Assembly: GCF_001194135.2 (NCBI RefSeq)
Contig: NC_068983.1
Span: forward strand, 35,562,175 to 35,600,967
Direction: 5' to 3'
DNA: 38,793 nt
From: Octopus bimaculoides
Taxonomy: Eukaryota
Shown piece after piece: positions 11,492 through 24,436 of this stretch; positions within the stretch are counted from its first letter, which is position 1; the number at the start of each line of letters is the position of its first letter. Below the pieces are notes generated by a model that saw only the letters and a program-made list of their open reading frames with translations, did no database searches and had not been told where the DNA came from. The translations under genes and the position numbers were made by a program.

Positions 11492-11869
11492 CGAACATCA
11501 GCTTATCTTTAACCTACATTTTTTGAAAAATGTTGTTACGAGTAATTGACATTTCAACTCTGATTGATCAGCAAGAAAACAGAGACACACAAAATAGCTT
11601 TATCTTGACTGGCAGACTTATGACTAAAATGCATTTTAATCAGGCACTTTTGTGTTTTTAGAGGCATCAAAGGCTAGCAAAAGCATCTTTTTTCTTCTTT
11701 TTCTCAGTAGATATAATAGATGTGACAACTATTTCTACTAGGCCCACATAAAGGCTCTAACATTGGCTGATAACTAAAGGCTACATATTTCAAAGCCATA
11801 TGACCCTTGTTTGTTTGCTGTGGTGAGTTGCCAATCAGAATATTTTCAGTAACATATAAACAAACTTAC

Positions 11870-11965
11870 TCTGTCAATAATAGCTTCTGGTGCAGTCCAT
11901 CTCATCGGAAACTTATCCCTTTTATCTTTTGTACCAGTGTGTTTGGATAAACCAAAATCAGATAT
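11870..11965 (-). CDS. CSK-like kinase exon, DFG to APE (96 nt)
   Basis: Acceptor ttcttttacAG, donor GTaagt. Encodes ISDFGLSKHTGTKDKRDKFPMRWTAPEAIIDR, a short Tyr-free activation loop the same length as that of CSK. Confidence 0.95.
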
Positions 11966-12169
11966 CTGTAAAAGAAAACATGCAGTTACTAACGTTTGAC
12001 TCTGGCTTTCTGCACTTATAAAACAGGTGAAAATACACTAAATTAGATGGTGATGAGCAGTTTGAAATATTATACATCTATATTTGAATAGTATATAAAT
12101 ATCACATGTACAAACATGTTGAGTAGATAAAAACCTTATATAGACTGGAAGCCAATAAAGAGACAAAAA

Positions 12170-12490
12170 ATTGGTACTCCATCAAATACGATGACAAGGA
12201 TTCCAGTTAATATGATCACAGGAGCAGCCACCTTGTGAAATTATCATGCAAGTGACTGAGCACTCCACAGACATACGTACCCTTAATGTAGTTCTCAAGG
12301 AAATTCAATGTGACACAATGTGACAAGGCTGGCCCTTTGAATTACAGGTACAATTCATTTTTGCCAACTGAGTGCAATGGAGTAACATGAAATAAAGCAC
12401 ATTGTTCAAGGACACAATGCACTACCAGGTATTGAACTCACAGCCTTATGATCATGAGTCAAATACCCTAACCACTAAGCCATGTACTTC
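12170..12490 (-). mobile_element. tRNA-headed SINE with CORE/V-like central segment
   Basis: Minus strand reads tggcttagtggttaggg...gagttcaatacctgg then tgtgtccttgaacaatgtgc. Related copies at 26085-26225 (+) and 32330-32625 (-). Boundaries approximate. Confidence 0.65.
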
Positions 12491-14039
12491 ATGACTGGAA
12501 ACCTACATGTATATATGAACTGCATTGCTACAATGTATATAATACAACATGCTTGTTTTTGAAACTGCATACTCATTTGTATCCAACACTGTTTAATAAG
12601 GACAGAAAAGTATGAAACACAAAAAAACGGATACAAAATAATTTGTATATATTATGGAGAGCTATTCTTTTAAACATTATTCCTGTTTATGTCTGCTCTT
12701 TCCATGTTGTTAAAGACTGGACCAAATTGAACCATTTCACTTGTTAGCCATTCTTCATCCATTAATATTGTTCTCTCCACCCAAATGTTACACTGATCAT
12801 TCCCCCACTCCCACCACTGTACCACCAAATGATCTCTCCTCAAGCGCACTTCTGCAGCCTTCCCAACCACATGGCATCTCTCTCTCCTATCATCTCCCTC
12901 TCAACTGTATCATCACTATGATCCTGCTGCTGATTCCCCTACTTTCTTCTGCATCCCTCTACTTTTCCCAATTCATGGATCATTGGTCATTCCCCCATAC
13001 CTTATCCAACACTCCTTACATCTACCCTTCAACCCTACCCAATCTTTACAGTTGTTGCCTGTCTCCCCTCCCCCTTGTCTCTTGCTCCCCTATAAACTCT
13101 TACAAACCCACAACTTTCCACACTCCTAGTTCTTCTCTCTCCACTCACTTTTGTTCACCTCATTCCTTGAGGGGCCACCTGGACACCTTAGCAGCATTAT
13201 TTATCTCTATGCAGTTCCTACTTATTATTCTCACACTTTCTTCTACATATGAATAGCCATGCAGCTCTTCTACAAGAATCTGCTCAGCTACCCTCTTCTC
13301 TCATATTTAAACCCCTTTAAGAGTATCAGCTGTGGGAACTATGCCAAAGCAGACACTGGATTGTTATGCAATATTTGACTCATCAGATCCTGTCAAATGT
13401 CCAACCCATGCTAGTGTGGAATATGGACATTAAACGATGATGATATATATGACAAGCTTCCATACAGTTTTTGTCTAACAAATTTCACTAACAAGCTACA
13501 TGCTGTTAAGCGGTTGGCAATTAGAAAGATATTTAACTATTGAAGTTACGCCATAAATGAAACATACTAGTGAGACACAGTCCCATCTTAACTACAATAA
13601 CGACTCACCCAAACCATACCAACATGGAAAAAAATGCAAAAGGGTTATGGTGGTGGTAGTGTATATGTGTGTGTATGAGAGAGAAACATGTAAAACAGTC
13701 ACAGTCATTATAATTACTATCTAATGTCTCTTTTTCATGTTGGCAAGGGCTGGGTGGTTCAAAAGGAGCTAATGCATCAGAGAGCTACTCCAAGTTCAAA
13801 TATCTGTATTGGTAATGTTTCTGCAGCTGGATGTCATTCTTAAAGCCAACCACTTTACAAAATGTACAGGGTGCTTTTCCAAAGCACCAGCACTGGTGGA
13901 GTCACCAAGTACTCACAAGAGAAGACTTCCCTACCTCCAACTGAGTTGGGTATGGTATTGAAGAGTATGAAAGGAGAGGGAAAGGTGTCTTGCTGAAGAG
14001 GTGAACACATGGTTTCTCTGTATTTATATAAATATTAAG

Positions 14040-14365
14040 AGCGTGGCCATTGCCAGTACCGCCTGACTGGCCTTCGTAGGATTTTCGAGCGAGATCGTTG
14101 CCAGTGCCCCTGGACTGGCTCTTGTGCGGGTGGCACATAAAATACACCATTTTGAGCGTGACCGTTGCCAGTACCGCCTGACTGGCCTTCGTGCGGGTGA
14201 CATGTAAAAGCACCCACTACACTCTCTGAGTGGTTGGTGTTAGGAAGGGCATCCAGCTGTAAAAACTCTGCCAAATCAGATTGGAGCCTGGTGTTGCCAT
14301 CCGGTTTCACCAGTCCAACCCATGCTAACATGGAAAGCGGACGTTAAACGATGATGATGATGATT
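14040..14365 (+). repeat. Young RTE-tail repeat ending about 25 nt from the catalytic-loop exon donor
   Basis: aaaagcacccactacactctctgagtggttggtgttaggaagggcatccagctg...catggaaagcggacgttaaacgatgatgatgatg. Two internal gccagtaccgcctgactggccttcgt units. Confidence 0.8.
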
Positions 14366-14389
14366 AAGAGGTAGACTCAAATAACTTAC

Positions 14390-14489
14390 CGTTAGTTTGC
14401 CACATTTACTCAAAAGAATATTCCGAGCAGCAAGATCACAATGGACTAAACACTTACTTTCCAGATATTCCATTCCTACACAAATATCA
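14390..14489 (-). CDS. CSK-like kinase exon, catalytic loop (100 nt, phase 2 to 0)
   Basis: Acceptor tgactgtAG, donor GTaagt. Encodes DICVGMEYLESKCLVHCDLAARNILLSKCGKLT. Confidence 0.94.
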
Positions 14490-15404
14490 CTACAGTCAGA
14501 CACATAAAAAGAAAAAAGAAGAAAAATAGAAAAGGAATTAACTAAACTCTTCAAAGTAAAATATATTAGACATTATCAGCATTGACTCGAGACAGAAAAA
14601 GAAAGAAACAAGCTACTGGAGGGATCTGGATCACTTGTTTTCATTTCCAAGAGGTAAAGCATTTAATGCTCTAGTCAAAGTTGTATATACTGTATTAGAC
14701 AACATAAAAAAAAAAACATGGATATATTAGCAGCAAAAAGCTTTTAGAACATTCAAGCATGAAATATAGGCTCAACCTCACATATAGGACTTGGTGGGAT
14801 TTTTTTTTTAAACACTGTTTTTTTTTTTTCTTTAAAAAAGTGCATCAATTCCACCAATTGTCTGATATCATCAATCTGTGTCAGAAAGATAAAGAGGTAG
14901 ATATGCAGATTATGTCTTTTTAATTTCTTTTCCTATCTAAAATTAGTGCTTATAATGTGTAACAGAGAAAATGTTAAATCTAGTGTAAATTGTTTAATGA
15001 TCATTTTCAATAATGGCATGTTAGTTGAATGATGTGACAGGAGCCAACAAGCCAGAGGCCTTAATCAAGCTCTGATGTCTACCTTCACATAGGTTCTATG
15101 GATGGATATCCTTCTTTTCACAGTGTATCAGGTGCTTTTTATGTGGCACCAGCACTTGAGTGGTCATTAAGTAACTCGGAAGACAAAATTCCACAACTGA
15201 GCTGTAGTATTGAGTGGGGTGGCTTTATACCAGGTAATGAAAGGTTCAAGTATGATGGCAGGATAGAGACAAGGTCTTACAGTAGAAGAGATACGTGGCT
15301 ACCCCAGTTGGAAAAGAGAAAATATGAAGTGTCAGAGCATACCCTCAAGTCACAGAAAGGTGAACATAAGGAAAGTGATACAGAAGACAGGGTCAGTGGG
15401 TAGG

Positions 15405-16131
15405 TGTTGTGGGGGACACTACTGATAAATAGTGGACAGACACAGCAAACAGGGTCAGTTGGCAAGGTACGCCATACGGGCCAGTCACACAAACAATGAA
15501 GTTATATCATCATAATGCGTGACCTATTAGTGGCAACGAGGATACCTCCCACTGAATAACAAGACATATCAGGGGTGACGAGGGGTCAAACTACATGCAG
15601 TGGCAGATAAGACTAACACAGAATTGAACTATCACACAATAAAAAATAACACACACAGTGAAAAATATATAAATTCTATTGAAAAAAGATTTTAGTCAGG
15701 TCACTATGTGTTAGTAGTGCTACCGGTAAACAATGTAGACTGGTACTACCTGCAGCATTCTAAAGAGAAAAATAATTGTGTGTAGAAGAAAAAAAAAAAT
15801 AATTAATAAGTCTGTGTGAAGGATTTAAGTCAGGTCGATATGGGTTAATAGTGCTACCATTAAACGATGTAGACTGTGGAATTCTGAAGTAAAAAATATA
15901 TTTGTGTGTGAAAGAAAAAGAAATGAAAAATAAAAATATAATGCTGTGTGAAAGAAGAAGAAAAATCTCAAGGGTCGGAGGTTGTGGTGGACACCCCCAA
16001 GTGAGAAGTGGGCTGTTCCACTACTGATAAATAGTGGACAGACACAGCAAGTAGGGTCAGTTGGCGAGGTATGCCATACGGGCGAGTCACACAGACAACG
16101 AAGTTACGTCATCATAACGCAGGACATATCA
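15405..16131 (+). mobile_element. TRIM-like non-autonomous LTR element (727 bp)
   Basis: Direct repeats 15405-15571 and about 15980-16131, TG...CA ends, 5-bp TSD GTAGG (15400-15404, 16132-16136). PBS-like ggggtgacgagg follows the first repeat and a purine tract precedes the second. No ORF. Confidence 0.8.
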
Positions 16132-16754
16132 GTAGGTAAGTTTGCAGAAGTATGAAAAGAGAGTGACAGATGGATAGAGATGGGAATAAAGGTGAAGGAT
16201 GAACACAAGTAAAGATGTGGTCAATGGTAAATACCAGTTTAGAGGAGAAAAGATTTATGAAATTTATCTTCAATGTTTCTGCTAATACAAGACACAGGCA
16301 GAACAGGAAAACATTTCCACAAGAAATTACAGATCTTTGGACACCATTTAATGATTAACAACCATTTTTCCATGCCCAGCATGCTGAGATCTGATCACAT
16401 CACCTTTTAGAACAGGAGTGAGGAAACCCCCCACCCACGAGTGCAATTGCGCAGGCAAGCCCATTTTATTGCGCCCGAATTCTGGCATATTCATATGTAC
16501 AAAATATCATCAATTTTTCCATTATAAAATTGATACAATACTCGTATGCCTCTTTGCAACATAAATAGCATTTCTACTACAACTTAAAACAGTTAGACTC
16601 AAGCAGAAAATCGTCTGGCAATTGCCATTTGAATGGAAATTTTGTTTTCACTATAAAACACATATTGCTAGGTTTGTACCACATCCTTGAGACCCAACTA
16701 CACTCTAGCTAAAAAATATAGAATACCTCAGAAGTAATATAAACGTCCTCGATT

Positions 16755-16786
<32 letters not shown>

Positions 16787-16803
16787 CAATGCTAGTATCT
16801 TAC

Positions 16804-16962
16804 AATGATGAATTCAATTGCCATTCCTCAGTGATGCTATCCCTACCTCGAGACCGTAGGTACATCATGAGGTTTCCTTCATCCATATGTTCCAGAACCA
16901 GGTAAACATCCTTGTCAAGCACGACACCATGTAGCTTTAATATGTTTCGGTGATTCAATGTA
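16804..16962 (-). CDS. CSK-like kinase exon, hinge and helix D (159 nt, phase 2 to 2)
   Basis: Acceptor tttatattacAG, donor GTaaga. Encodes TLNHRNILKLHGVVLDKDVYLVLEHMDEGNLMMYLRSRGRDSITEEWQLNSS with the CSK hallmark YLRSRGR. Confidence 0.94.
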
Positions 16963-17217
16963 CTGTAATATAAAATGAGAAAAGCTTAAAGTAATCTGCT
17001 GTAGCTAGTGTAGTACAGTATAAGATAAGGTTTCCTAAATTCCCAGACTAGTGCACAATTTGAGTGTTTTCCTGCAATTTATTCCTGACCTAAGGTAGAC
17101 TAAGTTATCATACCCATTGCCATGGATACAGTTCAACTGTAGTGATGAGATTAAAAATTATCACTATCAACTCTTCAATCAGGAGTTCCCCAACAATCAA
17201 CAAAACTTTATTTAGTT

Positions 17218-17752
17218 TCATCATCATCATCATCGTCGTCGTTTAATGTCCGCTTTCCATGCTAGCATGGGTTGGACGATTGACTGAGGACTGGTGGACC
17301 AGGAGGCTACACCAGGCTCCAATCTGATTTGGCAGAGTTTCTACAGCTGGATGCCCTTCCTAACGCCAACCACTCCAAGAGTGTAGTGGGTGTTTTATGT
17401 GCCACCGGCACAAGGGCCAGTCAGGCAGGTACTGGCGACGGCCACGCTCGAAATGGTGTATTTTACGTGCCACCTGCACAGGAGCCAGTCTATCGGCACA
17501 GGCAACGATCTCACTCGAATGTCTTTTCACATGCCACTGGCACTAGTGCCAGGAAGGCGACGTTGGTAACGATCAACGGCCACGCTCGAATGTCTTTTCA
17601 CGTGCCACTGGCACAAGTGCCAGGAAGGCGACGTTGGTAACAATCACGCTGGAGCTGTTTACGTGTCACCGGCATGGAAGCCAGACAGCTGCTCTGGCAA
17701 CGATCGCGCTCAGACGGTGCTTATAGTGCTCCACTGGTACAGGTGCCATCAC
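17218..17752 (-). repeat. Young RTE-tail repeat with an expanded 55-70 bp GC-rich minisatellite
   Basis: (CAT)n...cgtttaatgtccgctttccatgctagcatgggttggacg...ctggatgcccttcctaacgccaacc, followed by repeated gtgccac/ggcac...gtgccagg...cgctcgaatgtctttt units. Confidence 0.8.
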
Positions 17753-20029
17753 AATTAATTCTTAAACAGATAGAAGTGGTGAAAATGTCACTCACTGTTT
17801 GTTGGTTGATAGCTGACTATAACAGAGGTTAATGCTTTTCAATAGGTGTATCTATAAAAAATCACTGCATGATGTAATACATATGCAGTACACAACATAA
17901 ACACTACACTGCCTAATACTATTAAGTGGTATAACATGTATAGTGCTAATTATAATGCAGACTAGCATAATTATTATGTGAACTGATACCAGAAGACTCA
18001 CAACCTCTCATCCTTTATGATAACCCACCACACCTGTAGGAATGTTAAAGTATCAATGGCTAAGGCCTCTCTGCATAAGTAGAAATTATTTAAGTTCTGA
18101 GGAAACCACTACATGGTCAACTGACCTGTTAGAAATAGCAACTAAATCTCCTTTGAATTACACCTAACTTTTTCAACTGATATATTGAGTAATATAACTC
18201 CTAACTATGGCTGAAAAAATATGGAATGACACAACTGGAATATCACAATCATTGTTTACCTGAGGTTTAACAACTTCAGCTCTGAACAAATGCTGATTGT
18301 CTGCACAGTAAAAAGATGACCCAGATTAAGTTACTATTCAAATATCTAGGACAACACTGCTACTGCACACAGACAAATATCACAGGTTGGAGAAAAAGTA
18401 TATTTGGATAGTTGGCAAAAATTACCTCACCAATGTATTACAATTATGACTCATAAATGCATTATTTTCTGTCTCTTTTAATGCTGGTGAAATGATTTCT
18501 GTTCTTATGGAACAACAAGCTGTCTACTATTCACCTATTTTTTTCACTCATCTCTACTTTGTCTCACCTCTCCAATCTTGTCTTCTAGAACTACAATCCT
18601 CTGAATCTCTCTGTCCATTCATATTTTTTCTTTCATGGATATACAAAATGTTCAAGTTGAACATGAACCACAACAGTTTTGGAGGGTTTTCAATGGCTAT
18701 AGGTAGTGGCCCTTTCCCTAGGACCAAACAAAAATACAAAAAGTTAAAAATACTAAGTTATCTGAAGACACTATACTAAATAGAGTACTGGTTTATTGTG
18801 CATACTACAGTAATTACACTATATTACAATATTTGTGCCAACCTGTCACTACTGCAATATCTGCAACAACTCATCTGTACAATAGCTGCACCTAATTAAC
18901 TACACTGTAATCCATAATTTCAAGTTGTCTAGAAATTAGACAGCTTGAAATCATGGATACATCAGAGACATATTTCACATTCCAGTTGTCAACAAATGAA
19001 GTCACTTTCTCCACTATTTATAACAAACAGGGTATCATATTATCATTTCAAACGTTGTGTCTCATGAAGGCCATGACAAATGACTTAGGCATTATGTCCT
19101 GTCTGAGAAGTAGGTCCATCAAGCCAAGTAAAATCACAATTGTGGCAGATACTGGTGTCACGCAAATGGCACCCGTGCTGCCACATAATAGCATCGATTA
19201 TACTCTCAGAGTAGTTGACATTAGGAAGGGTATCTAGCCATAGAAACCATGCCAAATCAGACCGGAGTCTGGTGCAGACAATGATGATGATGATGATAGT
19301 ATATATGAGCATAACATTATCACATGGTTTTTACTTCTAGTAATTCGTATGATAATATAATTATAGTATGTCTAATACTACATTCTCCTACGTAACTAAA
19401 GAAAGAACATTTAGAAAAAATGCCAAAAAGTTAGATATTCACAAGGAAAAAAATTAATAATCAACAACACAAAATTTATCAAAAATTATTCATTGTTTAT
19501 CATTAAGGCATGTCAAAAATCATCCAAAACAGGCAGTTCTTTTTCTCTCGGTTTATCAGGATTATTGTTTGTCACAATGATATAATTTACAATGTCAAAG
19601 TTATCTTATTTTAATCAGTGTACAATGGTATTTACTATATGCTGTGGTCAAAGTTTGCAAGATTCATCAGTGTTATCTTGAGTTTTAGATTCAGAAGCTG
19701 AATGTAAAATTATTTGTTAAAACTGTACAAGGGGTACCCAAAAGTAACCAGGAAACGTTCTCTGTGGGACAAGCCCATTGTAGTTCAGGTTTCTGCCACT
19801 AGAAGCCACTTGATGTGACCCTCAGGCATCAGTATGCTGACTGGCAGCATCGAGTGTAGTCCTACTGCCGTGTAGTGCATCTTTGTTTTGCAGTGCTTCT
19901 CTCCTGTTTGTCAATTTTTGCGATGGCTGAAACAAAAAGGATGAAAGGTAAAGTCAACCTTGGCAGAGCCCCTAAAATTGCTGCCCTTGTGGTAAAATCT
20001 GAAACCACTATTTTAAGGTCAATTAAGTT

Positions 20030-20230
20030 GGCAAGCTGGCAGAAGTGTTAACATGCAGGGCTAAATACTTAGCAGCATTTTTTCCATCATTACATTCTGA
20101 GTTTGCTTTTCATTGTTTCAGGGGTCAATGAAATAAGTACCAGTTGAGCACTGGAGCTCACTGTAGTTGATTTCCACATCCCTCAGAATTGCTGGCCTTG
20201 TCCCAAAATAAGAAAGGATTATTTTAAGGT
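20030..20230 (+). mobile_element. tRNA-derived SINE (family also at 29945-30150, minus strand)
   Basis: gctggcagaagtgttaac...ctaaatacttagc...ttctgagt...tttcattgtttcaggggtcaatgaaataagtaccagttg. Boundaries approximate. Confidence 0.65.
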
Positions 20231-20232
20231 CA

Positions 20233-20625
20233 TTATCATCATTGTCGTCATTTAACTCCACTTTCCATGCTGGTATGGGTTGGACGGTTTGACTGAGGGC
20301 TGGCAAGCCAGAAGGCTGCACCAGGCTCCAATCTGATCTGGCAAAGTTTCTACAGCTGGATACCCTTCCTAACGCCAACCACTCCAAGAGTGTAGTGGGT
20401 GCTTTTTACATGCCACCGGCACGAGGGCCAGTCAGGTGGCACTGGCAATGACTATGCTTGAATGGTGCTTTTTACATGCTGCTGGCATGGGAACAGTCAG
20501 GCGGCACTAGCATCGACCACGCTCAAATGGTGCTTTTTACATACCATTGGCACAAGTGCCAATGAGGCAGTACTGCCATCATCCACAACAACAATTTCAC
20601 TTGCCTCAACAGGTCTTCGCAAGCA
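20233..20625 (-). repeat. RTE-tail repeat
   Basis: cattatcatcattgtcgtcatttaactccactttccatgctggtatgggttggacgg...ggatacccttcctaacgccaaccactcc. Confidence 0.75.
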
Positions 20626-22182
20626 CAGTTTAAAACAAAATATTAGTCTAGTACCAAGATCTGTGATATCAATTAACCGCTGCCACCAAAATTTCATGCC
20701 TTGTGTCAATGCTAGAAATTTATTTTTAACTAAATCATAGGCTCTTTAATATGCTTTTCAATTTTCTTCTGCCACAATATTTGTAATCACTCCCTAACAT
20801 TTTAGTACATCTACAATATCCAATTGATGAAACAGCCTCCACACAGTTACTTGACTTGCTGAAACTAGCAGACAAATCTCCCTCAAATTACATGTTACCA
20901 ACATAAAGAAGGAAATTAGTACAAAAAGATACAACTGACACACCTGAAGTGTGTTTCATCATAAATCTGCTGGATTCCTGTCTGATTCAAGATTAAACTG
21001 CAAAACCACCGTCCTCAGAACCCTCGCTTAAACTCAGTCCGGATTGCTATTTAAAAAGAAAAGCACCGACAAAAAGGCAGCAGTAGTTATCAATAGATTC
21101 ATTAGTCCTAAATAATATTTAGGTATGCATACCATGAATGATAAATGCAGAAGAACAGCAAATGTCACATGCAAAGACCATCTTTTCTACCATAACCACA
21201 ATCAGAACAAAGAGGCCGATAAAATATACTGGAACTATAAAGTGTTTGCAATACCCACATGATAAATCAATGCATATTGGAGTGTATAGATTTGGACTAA
21301 ACTAGATGAAGGAAAAGAATACCTAAAGCATGAGATTTGTTGACTGTGCTAAGTCATTTGACTAACAACCTACATGCAATCCAGTTTGACAGGAGCAACA
21401 CAAGAAATTTATCTAAGTTTAATGGCTTTATATATAATTACCTTCATTCAGTATGTAGCAAAAGAAATTCCAAATTGATTTTTATAGGAATGACAGAGCA
21501 CTCAAATGACAGAGCCAGTAACTAAGCTATCTGCTGTTGAAACAAAATCAAAATCAATTTGTCATTTCTCACCTTATGTTTACAGACACCTTCAAATGCT
21601 GGATTCAAATGCTACAAATGCTGGACTGCACTATCCCAGATTATCTTTTCTGGTGACTTCATATTGATAATGTAGTAAAAATTGCATCCAAAATAATAAA
21701 TAGCTTTCTTTCTTTGAACCACACACAACTACAGCTCTTGTGCAACTGCTGATGATCTACAAAGCTCATGTAAACTGGATATTGCTACCACATCAAGGGT
21801 AGTGCAGCTGCTACAATCCCTAGGACATAGGTATCAGTGTTTCTCCACTCTATTCTATCACTACTACAATAGGTTCTGGTTCCCTGAACTAGCTAATTGG
21901 ATATCATCTCCAACCAAGTCCACAGCCTGACACACTTATCTTTCCCCTCTTGTCACCCATTTGGTGTCTCTTCTCCCAGAGACTCCACACTAACCACTAT
22001 GCCCTACCTTTACCTTCACACCACAGAATGTCAAATTTCTGATTCTCTTCCTCTCCCACCCCTAGATGATCAAATCCAACATAAATCTTATCAGCTCCAC
22101 CAATCTCAAAGGTCAAGGAATCTGCTGAGTAAGCAGAAAAAAATATATAAACATAGAAAAAAAAAAAAAGGAAGTTCCTTAC

Positions 22183-22282
22183 ATCATTATATTAGCTTCT
22201 TGAAGAACCTTGTCAGTAAATTCCATTTTTACTAATTGTTTCACAGCAACTGGATTTGATTTGTAACAGGCTTCATACACTT
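22183..22282 (-). CDS. CSK-like kinase exon, VAVK and helix C (100 nt, phase 1 to 2)
   Basis: Acceptor ...gaggcAG, donor GTaagg. Encodes (E)VYEACYKSNPVAVKQLVKMEFTDKVLQEANIM with the catalytic Lys and helix C Glu intact. Confidence 0.92.
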
Positions 22283-23340
22283 CTGCCTCGTTAACAATAA
22301 AAGATGAAAATAAAATAAGCAGAAAAAAAATTAACAAAATGTGATATTTAAAAATTTTTTTAACAATTCTTTATCACTAACTCAGCAAATTGCAGTTAAA
22401 CATTGCCTTTTATGAACTTAAAAATAAAGATTCTTATTTAAAATGATTTCAATACGTTTTTCACAATGACAACTGTTATACAATGAGTTTACTTTGCCCA
22501 CCTTTACAGCAGTGATTATCTTACAGGCCAACAGGAATATAATAGACAGTTAAAGGAATGCAACATATTTTGATTGATACACACTACTCTATATGATAAC
22601 TCACTGTTCGATTTTACTGCTCTCAACAAAGACAAGTCAAGATATATCTGGAGCTCCAGATCTGCAAATTATATAAATGTCAGGTCCACATTTTCTCTGA
22701 GACTTATTGCCCAGAAATATTTTAGAGCAGAGTTAGAAATGTTTTTCTATAAAAATAATTCACATGAGATATGGTACATTTTATAAAATTTGCATGCATC
22801 ATTACCAAAACAGATCTATTTGCTAAAGAAAACCTTCAGCATTTGTACAAAGTGACTAGTGCAAGTGGTAAAAATGATAGCATTTAGACTGCTAACTGAA
22901 GTATCTTCTCCAGTTCATATTAAATTACTGATGTGCAGTGTATATGACCAAGATAACTAGAAATGGTTCACTTCACCTAGTTGTAAGTAATTACCAAAGA
23001 TACAAAGATCACTAAAGTAAGTAACAGACACAACATAGTTGACGAATACTTAATTAGCTGACTGCTTGTTAAAAACCACTTATCAACAAGCTTGGAGAGC
23101 AATGGGTCCTGCAAAGCTGACTTTGTCTAGATATTTTTGTTAAAATAAACTGATAACACTTCCACAATATGCAAAATATTTTAACTATTTTTTTAATACA
23201 ATTCCCCATAATATTTAATTTGAGTAAAAAAGGAATAAAAGGGGTCCATATATATAAAACAAAATGGTTGAGAAAAACTGTTCTAGATACTAAAATAAAG
23301 ATGAAGTTTACAGAGAGTTTCAAACAGACATACATACACC

Positions 23341-23343
<3 letters not shown>

Positions 23344-23404
<61 letters not shown>
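23344..23404. repeat. (TA)n microsatellite
   Basis: About 30 TA units. Other (TA)n, (CA)n or (TG)n tracts occur at about 2565, 11456, 25747 and 30692. Confidence 0.95.
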
Positions 23405-23406
<2 letters not shown>

Positions 23407-24436
23407 AGGTCGTCCCTCAGGAAGCCAAAAATGGTAAGGAGGGTGATTGTTGGACACCCTGCAGGATGAAAAATAGACCTGTCAAAGGGCAGAAGAACTA
23501 CCATGTAGTCAACGGCCAATTCAACAAGTACCTTTCCACAGTGAAGTGTTTGTGTGTCCATTGACCTGGAGAGCTATGCTGGAGGGAGAGAAATCTTCAG
23601 GCAGGTCTTACCAGGCCAGACAGGTTGAAGGGTAGGAGACAGACAAAACCTTAACCATTAGAGGAGTAAATCTCAATGACAATAAATCGAAGTGTCACCA
23701 GCATGGCTTGGATTTAGTTATTGGCAGGACCTAACAGATCAGATTCATGGCTTTGAACTAACAGGATGTCATGCAGAGGATCTTGAATACAAGACAATGG
23801 ATAAGACCCTAATATTCCAAGTTAGCTGGAAACTGTGGGACCATACGGAGCAGCGCCTTATGACTCCTATAGTATGCGCAACCAAAATATATAGATACAG
23901 TTAGATAAGGCCAGTTTATGGGATTACACTGGGTTTCATGTCCATGAAGTGCTTAGCTTTGCGGTGTATCATCAAATTTCAGCCTGTTGGCTTATGGCCT
24001 CTCTAGAAAATAGTGGAGAAAAGGACCTCGCTACTCAATGTCAACAACAAGGATAGTCTTCCTTTGCCTATTGATCATAAATGACCCTGTTATCTTGTGG
24101 GTTCTAGGAAAATTTTAGTAGTTCCTCAGGCATCAGAGTTTCGCATATAACACTTGTCAGTGAATGGATGATAATTCTACTTGCATTTATTGGTATCTGA
24201 GTGTTTCATATAATTAATCAAATCCATTTAACACTAAACGCTTTATAAATATCTACCTGGATTTACTAATCCCTCTTATTATACACTAATATCCAAAATT
24301 TAAGATCACCTACAAAAGTTTGTTTCAAAATGGAATTTTTAGTTCAACTTCAATGATTTAAATAATTTTTCGGTATAAAAATATAGAACACCATATTGCA
24401 TAAGGTTTGGGTTTTATTCAATATGGACTAACACTC

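Noticed and set aside
12741-13256. 171-aa Pro/Ser/Leu-rich ORF
   Set aside because: It arises from a C/T-rich low-complexity tract with no motifs or splice support, probably a decayed repeat.
17390-17752. CRISPR-like repeat array
   Set aside because: The context is eukaryotic, the units lack unique spacers and there are no cas genes. It is a retroelement minisatellite.
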